DNA of 64,000 nt from a virus. A program made the translations under genes and the position numbers. This document shows, one piece after another, positions 46,062 through 54,794 of this stretch. Where the stretch lies: UHGV virus genome UHGV-0225074; one strand, 5' to 3'. The number at the start of each line of letters is the position of its first letter. Position 1 is the first letter of the stretch. The notes under the pieces are model-generated. The model was given only the letters and a program-made list of their open reading frames with translations, ran no database searches and was not told where the DNA came from.

Positions 46062-46655
46062 TTATTCTCCGTGGTCAGCAGTGTAGATTGGTTTTTTGAG
46101 GCACATCAGGACTGCCTCACGCATCGTCAGAGGACGACCATGAACATCCCAACCTACATCGAGAATACGTCCACCGGGGGCTGTATAGGAGCCGTGGCTA
46201 TGCCCGTGCAACATAACTGACCCGTGGTGTGCTTTGTTCCACGATGCGAACGGATAGTGAGACATACACACATGCACCTTCTCTTTTCCAGTGCTGAAGT
46301 TAATCTCTTTATAATCAACGACTTCATGACCGAATTCACGGAAGATACGTTTCGTATCTCGGTTGTCATGGTTACCACCAACCAGAATGATCTTTCCGTT
46401 GATCTTTTCAAGGATGTCACGAACGCGAGGCTCCATGTAACGTCCGTAAGCAATCACGAAGTCACCAAGGTGCGCTACGACATCATCTGGTTTAACGTGC
46501 TTATTCCAGATTTCAATCATTCCTGCATTCATGGCATACAGACTTTCACGGTCTTCTTTTGGGCCGTACAGTTTCTTCCGGAATTTATCACACGAGGGAA
46601 AACCCAGAATATTGGTGTGCCACCAGTGCGTGTCTGACGTTACGTGGTCGATCAT
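46062..46655 (-). CDS. calcineurin-like metallophosphoesterase
   Basis: SDTHW ... HLGDF ... GGNHD ... GHSH metallophosphatase motifs. Confidence 0.7.
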   Translation of the reverse strand: MIDHVTSDTHWWHTNILGFPSCDKFRKKLYGPKEDRESLYAMNAGMIEIWNKHVKPDDVVAHLGDFVIAYGRYMEPRVRDILEKINGKIILVGGNHDNRDTKRIFREFGHEVVDYKEINFSTGKEKVHVCMSHYPFASWNKAHHGSVMLHGHSHGSYTAPGGRILDVGWDVHGRPLTMREAVLMCLKKPIYTADHGE

Positions 46656-46891
46656 GTATCCTCCTGATATCTTTTTACAAGTTCCTCTTGAATATGAAGT
46701 GTAACATCACGAACTTCACCTTCAAGGTCGTGGAGCACAGGACGAAGAATATCACGGATCAACTGTCTCTGCGAAGGTGTTATCAGATTTGCCTTCATAG
46801 CCTCTCGGCATACTTGGAAAGTAGCCGTGATGTTTTTCTGCTTTTCTTTCAACATTTTCTTTCTTCTGTTTAGTTTCGCAAGTCTGCTCAT
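46652..46891 (-). CDS. hypothetical protein (79 aa)
   Basis: ORF. Confidence 0.45.
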   Translation of the reverse strand: MSRLAKLNRRKKMLKEKQKNITATFQVCREAMKANLITPSQRQLIRDILRPVLHDLEGEVRDVTLHIQEELVKRYQEDT

Positions 46892-47172
46892 TTTTTCTTC
46901 CTCTTCGTAGTTTTCTTATACAGACCCAGTGCAGCATTTTCCTGAGCACATGTCAATACACGTGTTAATCCGCGACGATCAACCTCCGGCATGTTAAGCT
47001 CCCACCAACCCATCCAATAGATCTGATCCTTTGTCAGTGGTTCCGCTTCAGGATCTGCCTCCTGTTCATTCAGTCTCTGTAGAGCATCTTTAATCACACC
47101 CACATCGGTTGTGAACACAAATGCAGAGGTATCAAACTTTTCCTTGACAGGTTTCCTGATATCTTTCTTCAT
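46888..47172 (-). CDS. hypothetical protein (94 aa)
   Basis: ORF. Confidence 0.45.
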   Translation of the reverse strand: MKKDIRKPVKEKFDTSAFVFTTDVGVIKDALQRLNEQEADPEAEPLTKDQIYWMGWWELNMPEVDRRGLTRVLTCAQENAALGLYKKTTKRKKK

Positions 47173-47459
47173 TTCATATCCTCAGCTGGGTAGGCGAACA
47201 GAAGCCCATCCCTTATTTTCTGGTAATGCTGCCACACAATAAGTTTCATGCACACCAAGTTAACGATATGCCTATCACCATGAATGTAAACTGAAGCATC
47301 CATCCATGTCTTTCCCCAGTCTACCCGGCTATCTAAGTACAGTTTCACACCATACTTTTTCTCCATAGACTTCATGATGTCTCTCAGAGCTAGATAAGCA
47401 TCTTTATAGATGGAGTCATCACGGGTAATGCTCTTCATATCCAAAATAATCCTCCACAA
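47169..47459 (-). CDS. hypothetical protein (96 aa)
   Basis: ORF. Confidence 0.45.
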   Translation of the reverse strand: MWRIILDMKSITRDDSIYKDAYLALRDIMKSMEKKYGVKLYLDSRVDWGKTWMDASVYIHGDRHIVNLVCMKLIVWQHYQKIRDGLLFAYPAEDMK

Positions 47460-47555
47460 TACCTCTCAGAGCCTCTGGGAGGCCCTGTATTTAATTTAAT
47501 ATGGGTTGGTAACCCAAGTGTACTACCACACCATTAAAACGCCTTAGAACACGTT

Positions 47556-47897
47556 CTAGAGCGTTACATGGATTTCACTTAGATCCACCACAACATTGTT
47601 GTTCTCGATGTGTTCCACAGTCAAGTCCTTTGCATATGTTACACACACATTACGTCGAGCTAGTCTCGACTTTACCGAAGCATAGAAGTTATCGAAGACC
47701 TTGTCAACTGGTATACCATCTGGTAATACCACGCACACATTGTGGTCTTCACCACATTCATGATACACTTCACGTATCATCATCAGCTTGGTCTTCTCTT
47801 CATCGGTCTGCTCCGGTTTCCGTCGTGGCTTACCACAGACCATTTCACCGATAATTTTTGTTTCTTTACTTGAAAACATAACAATCTCCTTTAACAT
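47556..47897 (-). CDS. hypothetical protein (113 aa), first gene of leftward block
   Basis: AGGAGA RBS; promoter immediately upstream. Confidence 0.5.
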   Translation of the reverse strand: MLKEIVMFSSKETKIIGEMVCGKPRRKPEQTDEEKTKLMMIREVYHECGEDHNVCVVLPDGIPVDKVFDNFYASVKSRLARRNVCVTYAKDLTVEHIENNNVVVDLSEIHVTL

Positions 47898-47904
47898 TCC
47901 CTAG

Positions 47905-47932
47905 ATTCTACACGTTAAAAAGTTCATGTCAA
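47905..47932 (-). promoter_or_regulatory. sigma70-like promoter (TTGACA-16-TAGAAT) for leftward block
   Basis: Consensus -35 and good -10 on minus strand. Confidence 0.55.
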
Positions 47933-47935
47933 CAC

Positions 47936-47964
47936 TTGACATCATCTTTTCTTCATACGATAAT
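47936..47964 (+). promoter_or_regulatory. sigma70-like promoter (TTGACA-17-GATAAT) for rightward NAD operon
   Basis: Consensus -35, 17-bp spacer; back-to-back with the minus-strand promoter. Confidence 0.5.
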
Positions 47965-48099
47965 CCAACTCATCGAGTCACCGACTCTATGATATAGAAT
48001 ATTTATACTCTGTAGTAAAAGATCTTGTTTTAGATCTTATGTTTTATTGTTTTTTAAAAGAGTATTGTTTTATTTATTTTATATAGTATTTATTTACGT

Positions 48100-48143
48100 G
48101 CTCAAATTGAGCATAGGCTTAGTATCAAAATGAGCACAGGCTA
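48100..48143. repeat. two 17-bp direct repeats CAAATTGAGCATAGGCT / CAAAATGAGCACAGGCT (operator-like)
   Basis: 14/17 identical, tandem with 8-bp gap, just upstream of RBS of 48156 gene. Confidence 0.6.
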
Positions 48144-48155
48144 TGGAGGAGTGAC

Positions 48156-48473
48156 ATGGGGTACATTGCAACAGGTAAGCACATCTACGGCAACTTCGAA
48201 CTGAAGCTGCTGTCGGTGACCTGTGCCTCTTCCAATGATAAGATAGTGTACCTATATATGCGGCATCAGTTCCATTACTTCAAATCGATGCGGAAGGAGT
48301 ACCACGAATCGCTGGATAGCATAGCTGATGCAGTTGGCCTATCACGGGCGACCACAACAAGGTGTGTAAGCAACCTTGAGAAATTAAAATGGTTGACAAA
48401 ACATACGACGCGTACCAAGATGGGTCACAACCAAACAATTTATGAAGTACATTCTTGGAAAGAGGAGAAATGA
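48156..48473 (+). CDS. winged-helix HTH DNA-binding protein (105 aa)
   Basis: GGAGGAG RBS; HTH-like SIADAVGLSRATTTRCVSNLEKL. Confidence 0.5.
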   Translation: MGYIATGKHIYGNFELKLLSVTCASSNDKIVYLYMRHQFHYFKSMRKEYHESLDSIADAVGLSRATTTRCVSNLEKLKWLTKHTTRTKMGHNQTIYEVHSWKEEK

Positions 48474-48474
48474 A

Positions 48475-49275
48475 ATGAGTTTAGAACTTCGTCTGAACAA
48501 ACTGGTAGTTCCTGTCGATCACTTTACGTTCAAAGGTGGTGAAGAACAGGTTAGAATCGATATGGCGCATACTCCGAAAGGTGGTATTGGTTTCGTAGAC
48601 ATCACTGCGAAAATTAAAAATTCTACTGATGTTATGGCACTTGCCATGTTGGTGGATGCATGTTCTCGCCTTGAAGGTCTCCATCATACTGCACAATTTA
48701 CTTTGCACTTGCCGTATATCCCATATGCACGTCAGGACCGCGTAATGCAACCTGGTGAAGCGTTATCCATCAAAGTTTTCGCAAATATCGTCAACTCTCT
48801 TGGGTTTGACAAGGTCATTGTCGATGATCCGCATAGCGATGTCTCCGCAGCACTGCTTAACAACGTTAAAATTCGTGGTCAGGATGCTCTTATTGCGGAA
48901 TTCCATGAAGGTCTTGCCGGAAAAGATGTTGTTATCGTTGCCCCTGACGCCGGAGCACGTAAAAAAGCTCAGAAAGTTTCCGATCGTCTCCGCCTCCCTC
49001 TGGTAGAAGCTGGAAAAGTGCGTGACCTGAAGACAAATGAAATTACCGGGACTGCTGTTTTCGGTGATGTTGAAGGCCGCGAGTGTGTTATTGTCGATGA
49101 TATCTGCGATGGTGGTCGAACATTCATTGCCCTGGCACAAGCATTGAAGGCAAAAGGTGCAAAACGTGTTATTCTTTACGTAACTCACGGTATCTTTTCC
49201 TTCGGTAAAGAAGTTATCTACGAAGGCGGCGTTGATGAAATCTACGCGTACCACGACTGGACCGAAAACTTTTAA
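48475..49275 (+). CDS. adps: ribose-phosphate pyrophosphokinase-like protein (Prs family; candidate NARP1 ADPR-PP synthetase Adps)
   Basis: AGGAG RBS before ATG 48475; PRPP-binding VIVDDICDGGRTF loop; paired with Nampt-like gene. Confidence 0.6.
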   Translation: MSLELRLNKLVVPVDHFTFKGGEEQVRIDMAHTPKGGIGFVDITAKIKNSTDVMALAMLVDACSRLEGLHHTAQFTLHLPYIPYARQDRVMQPGEALSIKVFANIVNSLGFDKVIVDDPHSDVSAALLNNVKIRGQDALIAEFHEGLAGKDVVIVAPDAGARKKAQKVSDRLRLPLVEAGKVRDLKTNEITGTAVFGDVEGRECVIVDDICDGGRTFIALAQALKAKGAKRVILYVTHGIFSFGKEVIYEGGVDEIYAYHDWTENF

Positions 49276-49335
49276 TTGACAAATGAATAAGTGGGCGTAC
49301 AATCGCCCTATTAAACAAACAAAGGAGAAACAAAA

Positions 49336-51022
49336 CATGCTTAATCAAGAAAGTCCTATCCTGTTCGCTGACTTTTACAAACCTTCACATATCTCCATGT
49401 ATGATAAACGTTCTGAAATTGTTCAGGATAACATGACCCCTCGTAATGCGAAGCACTTCATCCACTTCGCTGATAACGACCAGCGTGTCATGTTTGCTGG
49501 CCTTCAGGGATTTATTAAGTGGTTCCTTATCGACATGTTCAACAATAACTTCTTCAACCTCCCGAAAGAAGAAGCGGTTGCTGATTATCGTGAGGTTTGC
49601 GACTCCAGCATCGGCATTGGCATGGTAGAAACATGGGGCTTTGAGGCTCTTCATGATCTCGGTTATCTTCCTCTGGAAATCCGTGCTCTTCCAGAAGGGA
49701 CGCTTTCTCCGGTTCAGGTCCCAATGTTTACAATCCAGAATACGCACCCGGATTTTTACTGGTTGCCTAACTTCTTGGAAAGTGTGATCTCCGCAGAAAC
49801 TTGGAAAACTATCACAACTGCAACGACGTTCTGGCAGTATCGCAAGCTGTCTGAAAAATGGGCTGCTGAGACCTGTGATAACAACGACCATGTTGCATTC
49901 CAGAACCACTGCTTCGCATATCGCGGTGAAGCTGGTACTCACGACGCAGCACAGAGCGAATTTGGTCAACTGATCAACTCTATGGGTACAGACACTATCC
50001 CAGCGATTCTGTATGCTCGTCGTTATTACAACATGAAAGGCAAGTTCGTTGCTGGTTCTATTCCTGCATCTGAACACTCTGTTGCAACCACGAACATCGG
50101 CTTTATCGTCGGTCGCCTACAAGGTGAACACCCGGAACTAACTCTGGACGAAGCACGTTTCCTGGCTGAGGTTGAATTCCTGCGTTTCTACATCACGGAA
50201 ATTTTCCCTAAAGGTTTTGTTTCCTACGTGGCAGACAGTTATGACTTCTGGGCGATTATCACCAAAGCAGCAGCGATCCTGAAACAGGACATCATGGCAC
50301 GTGATGGTCGTGTTGTTTTCCGTCCTGACTCCGGCATTCCTGAACATATCATTGCAGGCTATCGTAGCCTCGGTGAGTTTGATGACTGGTCTGATGCGCT
50401 GCCAGCACTACAGGAAGATTCAAATTCAGAAGTTGCCAAGATTGAAGGTAAATACTACCGGATTCTTGTTGACGATGAAGATAATGCCTACTTCGACTTC
50501 CAACCTTCAGGTCTTGAAGAGCATGAAGTTAAGGGTGCAATTCAGTGTCTGTGGGAAATCTTTGGTGGTGAAGTTAACTCCAAGGGTTACAAAGTTCTGG
50601 ACAGTCATGTAGGTCTGATCTATGGTGATTCCATCACTGTTGCTCGTGCAAAAGACATCTTTGAACGTCTGAAAGATAAAGGCTTTGCATCCAGCAATAT
50701 CGTGTACGGTGTTGGTTCCTTTACCACCCAGTATACAACCCGTGATTCACTTGGTATGGCTGTGAAAGCAACTGGCGCTGTGATTGATGGTCAGCAGATC
50801 ATGGTTGTCAAAGAACCGAAGACTGACCTCGGTAAGAAATCTGCAAAAGGTTTCCTGAAGGTTGTTCGTGATGAGAATGGCGAACTGAAACTGGTTGACA
50901 ATTGTCAGCTTGAAGAGGTACAGTCTGAAGATAATGAACTGCGTCGTGTGTTCTACAACGGCAAACTGATTGTCGATGAAGATCTGACAACGATTCGTGA
51001 ACGCGCAGCCGATCAACTGTAA
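49336..51022 (+). CDS. namat: nicotinamide phosphoribosyltransferase-like protein (NadV/Nampt family; candidate NARP1 Namat)
   Basis: AAGGAG RBS before ATG 49336; ILFADFYKPSH matches the Nampt DSYK motif; about 560 aa. Confidence 0.6.
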
Positions 51023-51027
51023 TCAAT

Positions 51028-51048
51028 AAGCCCCTTCGGGGGCTTTTC
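51028..51048 (+). terminator. rho-independent terminator
   Basis: GCCCC-ttcg-GGGGC hairpin followed by TTTT. Confidence 0.75.
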
Positions 51049-51157
51049 TGATAGGTACACTATGGAAAATCCATGCAAGTGGCATGAAGTCCCGGTACAT
51101 GATTGCCTGACATGTAATAATACACCGACAAACCCGTATTATATTAAGGAGCCTAAA

Positions 51158-51373
51158 ATGTTTGGACCCGTAATGATGGAATGTAAAGTCTGTAAACAGG
51201 AGTTTGAAGCCGATCTTGAGGCTCATGGACCAGGTGTTTGCATCATTTCCTTTGGTTGTGGACATACAATGCACGCAACAAAGACCGAAACCAGCTGGGT
51301 AAACACGAAAACGGGAAATGTAGATCTCGTTGAAACCGCAAAACAGATTAAGGGGTCTGATTTCAGTGCGTAA
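51158..51373 (+). CDS. zinc-ribbon protein (71 aa from ATG 51158)
   Basis: AAGGAG RBS; CKVCK ... CGH. Confidence 0.45.
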   Translation: MFGPVMMECKVCKQEFEADLEAHGPGVCIISFGCGHTMHATKTETSWVNTKTGNVDLVETAKQIKGSDFSA

Positions 51374-51578
51374 TTTAGTCGCGAAACATGATTTTAACAG
51401 GGCATCTGTTCATGAAGACCAAAAGAAGTCTTGGGTTCCTGAGGTTGAGGAAGGTCTTGATGAATATTACGATGATGACTGTGAATGGGAGACCGATGAT
51501 GAGTTCATAGAACGTATCAGAGCACTCTCCATAGCAGAATACCGTCGTGGCGTCAACGACTCAGGTATCATGGATTGA
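51330..51578 (+). CDS. acidic hypothetical protein (start 51330 or GTG 51366)
   Basis: ORF overlapping previous gene end. Confidence 0.4.
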   Translation: MKPQNRLRGLISVRNLVAKHDFNRASVHEDQKKSWVPEVEEGLDEYYDDDCEWETDDEFIERIRALSIAEYRRGVNDSGIMD

Positions 51579-51652
51579 CAAAAAAGGTGTCCGCTGGTAA
51601 GATTGAGTTATCAAAATAACTTGACTCTTAACAACTTACACGGTAGGACACT

Positions 51653-51898
51653 ATGTTTAAACTAAAACTCGTTTACAAAACTGATAACGGAGAGTATATT
51701 GAACACGAATCGAATCATAGGGAACTGGATGAAGCCACTGATGAAGCGGATGAGATCGCTTTTTCTACAACTGGTTTTGGAATTGAAGCCTGGAAATACG
51801 TTGCCTCCTTCGGTGAAGAAGGTGGATTATACTATTTCTACCCCAATGATGAAGACCTCACAATCAAATACGCTCTCCGAATCTTCCGAACAATTTAA
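51653..51898 (+). CDS. acidic hypothetical protein (81 aa)
   Basis: ORF. Confidence 0.45.
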   Translation: MFKLKLVYKTDNGEYIEHESNHRELDEATDEADEIAFSTTGFGIEAWKYVASFGEEGGLYYFYPNDEDLTIKYALRIFRTI

Positions 51899-51961
51899 GA
51901 ATCGCAAACAACGCCGTGCTGAAGCGGCGATCAGTCGTTCAAAACGAAAAGGAGCAAAACG

Positions 51962-52081
51962 ATGAAAGATGAATTTGACGGGTTTATTGGTTACGGCGAA
52001 GGAATTCGTCAGGCTGAAGACGTAGATTTTTTCGTTGGTTTCGGAGAGGGGATTTCTTCTGATGAACGACCTGACCTCTAA
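51962..52081 (+). CDS. small repeat protein (39 aa; GYGEGI ... GFGEGI)
   Basis: AAAGGAG RBS; not in ORF track. Confidence 0.35.
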   Translation: MKDEFDGFIGYGEGIRQAEDVDFFVGFGEGISSDERPDL

Positions 52082-52256
52082 TCACTGTATCGCATTCTCG
52101 GAAAGAGACTGGCCTAGTGAAAGTCTGCGTGGTATGTATTATCATTCAGCCTGTACTAACTGCGGGAAGGAGTACATAGGTCCTAAAAGAGAAATTTTCT
52201 GTTTTATTTGCGGGAATAGTAAAAAAGACGTTGACAATGAAACAGGTAATCTATAA
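52062..52256 (+). CDS. zinc-ribbon protein (64 aa)
   Basis: CTNCG ... CFICG; in-frame internal start with GGAG upstream. Confidence 0.45.
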   Translation: MNDLTSNHCIAFSERDWPSESLRGMYYHSACTNCGKEYIGPKREIFCFICGNSKKDVDNETGNL

Positions 52257-52273
52257 TATCTACCACATCAAAC

Positions 52274-52346
52274 GTTCAGTAGCTCAGTTGGTAGAGCAGG
52301 TTCTTCATACGGACAAGGTCAGTGGTTCAATTCCGCTCTGAACGAT
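52274..52346 (+). tRNA. tRNA-Met(CAT)
   Basis: Cloverleaf by eye: CGTTCAG/CTGAACG acceptor, GCTC/GAGC D-stem, loop TTCATAC, T-loop TTCAATT. Confidence 0.6.
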
Positions 52347-52349
52347 AAG

Positions 52350-52424
52350 GCCCTCAAGCTCATTAGGTATGAGCAATCGACTCATAATCGAGAGGTAGGC
52401 AGGTTCGAATCCTCCGGGGGTCAC
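52350..52424 (+). tRNA. tRNA with CAT anticodon (Met/fMet/Ile-lysidine), CCA encoded
   Basis: Acceptor GGCCCTC/GGGGGTC with G-U pairs; loop CTCATAA; T-loop TTCGAAT. Confidence 0.55.
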
Positions 52425-52518
52425 CAATTAAAAATGTTGGCGAGGATATCTGATTGAGTTAGTATCCTCATGAACATAAACGGGACAAATTCCCAAATAA
52501 AATGCAAAGGAGAAAATT

Positions 52519-52830
52519 ATGACTAAGAAAAATACTGCTAAGAAAGTATCCGCCATCGACGCTATCAAACAGCCTTTCCAGTTTGAGTCGAAGTCTACTC
52601 AGACTCATTCTGCACCGCACGATGTGCGTCTCGGTGGTGTAGAGAAAACCGTATCAGTTTTCGATCGCCGTAAAGGCGAGTATAAATCCGAAACCCGGAT
52701 TGAAGGTGGTCAGATTATCTCTGCTTCTTACCGCATCCGCACAGGAAAGACCAAGCGTGAACGTGCTGGTAAGGTAAAGGAAACTAAGGTTGTTGAAACC
52801 GTAGCTCCGAAGAGTAAGAAGAAAAAGTAA
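52519..52830 (+). CDS. Lys-rich basic protein (103 aa)
   Basis: AAGGAG RBS; C-terminal APKSKKKK; inside tRNA array. Confidence 0.5.
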   Translation: MTKKNTAKKVSAIDAIKQPFQFESKSTQTHSAPHDVRLGGVEKTVSVFDRRKGEYKSETRIEGGQIISASYRIRTGKTKRERAGKVKETKVVETVAPKSKKKK

Positions 52831-52892
52831 TTTCTCCGGCATGGGGAATGACGATTCCGTGAAACGTCTTTAAAAACACGGGCATGTTTTCG

Positions 52893-52965
52893 GGGGTATT
52901 AACACAGCGGTTAGTGTAGCGGCCTCTTAAGCCGAAGGTCGAAGGTTCGAATCCTTCATGCCCCA
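52893..52965 (+). tRNA. tRNA-Lys(CTT), CCA encoded
   Basis: GGGGTAT/ATGCCCC acceptor, ACAC/GTGT D-stem, loop CTCTTAA, GAAGG-TTCGAAT-CCTTC T-arm. Confidence 0.6.
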
Positions 52966-53096
52966 CCAAGTTTGAAATGAGAGAGATACGGGTTCGACTC
53001 CCGTTCTTGCTGGCCCGGCTCGCGTAGTGGCACAGGGCGATAGCTTAAATGGACGAAAGTGCTCTCGTTTCAAATCTAAACCAAAAGGAGAACGAA

Positions 53097-53285
53097 ATGT
53101 TCGGATCCCTGTTACGTATGGCTGGCGATATTGTTGGTACTGCTGTTGTTGTCACGGCAACTGTTGCAGAACCTTTTGTAGATGTAGCCGCAGAAGTTCT
53201 TGACGCCGCTGATGAGATTATCGTATCACCTACCGCAGACGTCGTTGGTGAAGTTTGTGACTCCATTAAGGACATTGTACGATGA
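53097..53285 (+). CDS. small hydrophobic/acidic protein (62 aa)
   Basis: AAAGGAG RBS before ATG 53097. Confidence 0.45.
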   Translation: MFGSLLRMAGDIVGTAVVVTATVAEPFVDVAAEVLDAADEIIVSPTADVVGEVCDSIKDIVR

Positions 53286-53419
53286 GTGGCGGTGTTATCT
53301 TTATCATCATGTCAGTGATCTCTTTCCTGCTTGTTCTTTGGTATTATTGGTCATGGTTTGAAAACAACCCTACCACCGAAGAAATAATCAAAGATTCGCT
53401 TGACAAACACAATCTGTAA
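53282..53419 (+). CDS. small membrane protein (45 aa)
   Basis: ATGA coupling; single TM; not in ORF track. Confidence 0.4.
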   Translation: MSGGVIFIIMSVISFLLVLWYYWSWFENNPTTEEIIKDSLDKHNL

Positions 53420-53428
53420 GTGTAGTAT
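53400..53428 (+). promoter_or_regulatory. sigma70-like promoter (TTGACA-17-TAGTAT)
   Basis: Consensus -35 with 17-bp spacer, 30 nt upstream of 53461 gene. Confidence 0.5.
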
Positions 53429-53460
53429 TTAAAACCTAATTTAACGCAAAGGAGAACTTA

Positions 53461-54072
53461 ATGACTGATTCTAAAACTGTAATTTCCGTAACTGAACGTG
53501 CCACTAAAGCAGTAACCACTGCCGCTACTGGTCTGACTAAAGTAGTCGCTGAACTGCAATCTCTGGCAGAAGGGTCTGAAAAGATCAGTCAGGAAATTCA
53601 GTTTAAGCAGCAGGAACTGGGACAAATTGAAGTTCAGTTCAACGAAAAACTGGCAGAAGAAAAATCCAAGCTGAAGATCAAAGTTCTGGAAAATGAAGAT
53701 TCCGTTCTGAACTCTATCCTGAAAGCTCGCGGCCTTGTAGCTGTAGAACCGGGTGTTGTTGAAGACCTTCGTGCAGAGCTGGCGATCTCTCAGCAGAACA
53801 ATGCTGAAGCTGTAGAAAGCGCAGTTGCCGACGTTAAACGTAGCGCTGCAATCGAACTGAATGCGGTTAAGGCAAATCTGGAATCTGCTCACAAGGTTGC
53901 AATTGCAGAACTTACTGCGAATAGCAAGGCTAAGGATGACCGTATTGCAATGCTGACAGAACAGCTTGAAGCAGCGCGTGGTGATCTGAAGGCTGAACGC
54001 GAAACCCGTCTGGAAATCGCAAAAGCTGATGCTAACCGCCAGGGCGTTGTTGTCAACACTGGCAAAAACTAA
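53461..54072 (+). CDS. coiled-coil protein (203 aa), codon-optimised
   Basis: AAGGAG RBS; Ala/Glu/Lys-rich heptad-like sequence; E. coli-preferred codons. Confidence 0.55.
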   Translation: MTDSKTVISVTERATKAVTTAATGLTKVVAELQSLAEGSEKISQEIQFKQQELGQIEVQFNEKLAEEKSKLKIKVLENEDSVLNSILKARGLVAVEPGVVEDLRAELAISQQNNAEAVESAVADVKRSAAIELNAVKANLESAHKVAIAELTANSKAKDDRIAMLTEQLEAARGDLKAERETRLEIAKADANRQGVVVNTGKN

Positions 54073-54146
54073 TGCGTAGTGTCGACACGGATGTCGGCAA
54101 ATATTTGAAGTAACTTAAATTTTAAATTTCATGAGAGGAGAATTCT

Positions 54147-54794
54147 ATGTCTACTAAGATGTCTGTAACCCGCGCTCTGGCTACCCTGACCAAGGTTGAG
54201 GAAAAGATTCAGAAGCGTATCGAAGCGCTGAACACGATTCACATCGCGAAAGGCACTGACGCAAACCGTCAGATCCCAGGCTCTATCCAGAGCGTTGAGG
54301 ACTTCGAGAAATCTGCTCAGGCAGACTTCCAGGGTGTTCAGGATCTTCTGGCTGTTCGCGACGACCTGAAGGCGAAAGTTGTTCAGTCAAACGCTGTAAC
54401 AAAAGTTGAGATCGCTGGCGAGTCTATGACCGTAGCTCAGGCGATTGAACGTAAACGCACCATCGTTTTCAAAGAGCTTCTGCTTGGCAAACTGAAGTCT
54501 CAGTATAATCATGCTCAGGTTCGCCTGAACCGTGATACACAGGAATTCGAAGCGAAGCTTGAAGCTGCTCGTGCTCCATATGTCCAACGTGATAAAGCGC
54601 CAGACGCTGCACAGTTGGCTGTAGTAGAAGCGCCAGTTCGTAGCATGGGAACTCCTTCCATTGTCGACCCACTGGGTCTGGCAGATCGCATTCGTTCTCT
54701 GGAAGCAGAGATTGAAGACTTCAAGTCTAACGTTGACTTTGTTCTTTCCGAGTCAAATGCACGGACTGAAGTAGAGATTGAAGGATCAATCTAA
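54147..54794 (+). CDS. coiled-coil protein (215 aa), codon-optimised
   Basis: GAGAGGAG RBS; same style as 53461 gene. Confidence 0.55.
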   Translation: MSTKMSVTRALATLTKVEEKIQKRIEALNTIHIAKGTDANRQIPGSIQSVEDFEKSAQADFQGVQDLLAVRDDLKAKVVQSNAVTKVEIAGESMTVAQAIERKRTIVFKELLLGKLKSQYNHAQVRLNRDTQEFEAKLEAARAPYVQRDKAPDAAQLAVVEAPVRSMGTPSIVDPLGLADRIRSLEAEIEDFKSNVDFVLSESNARTEVEIEGSI

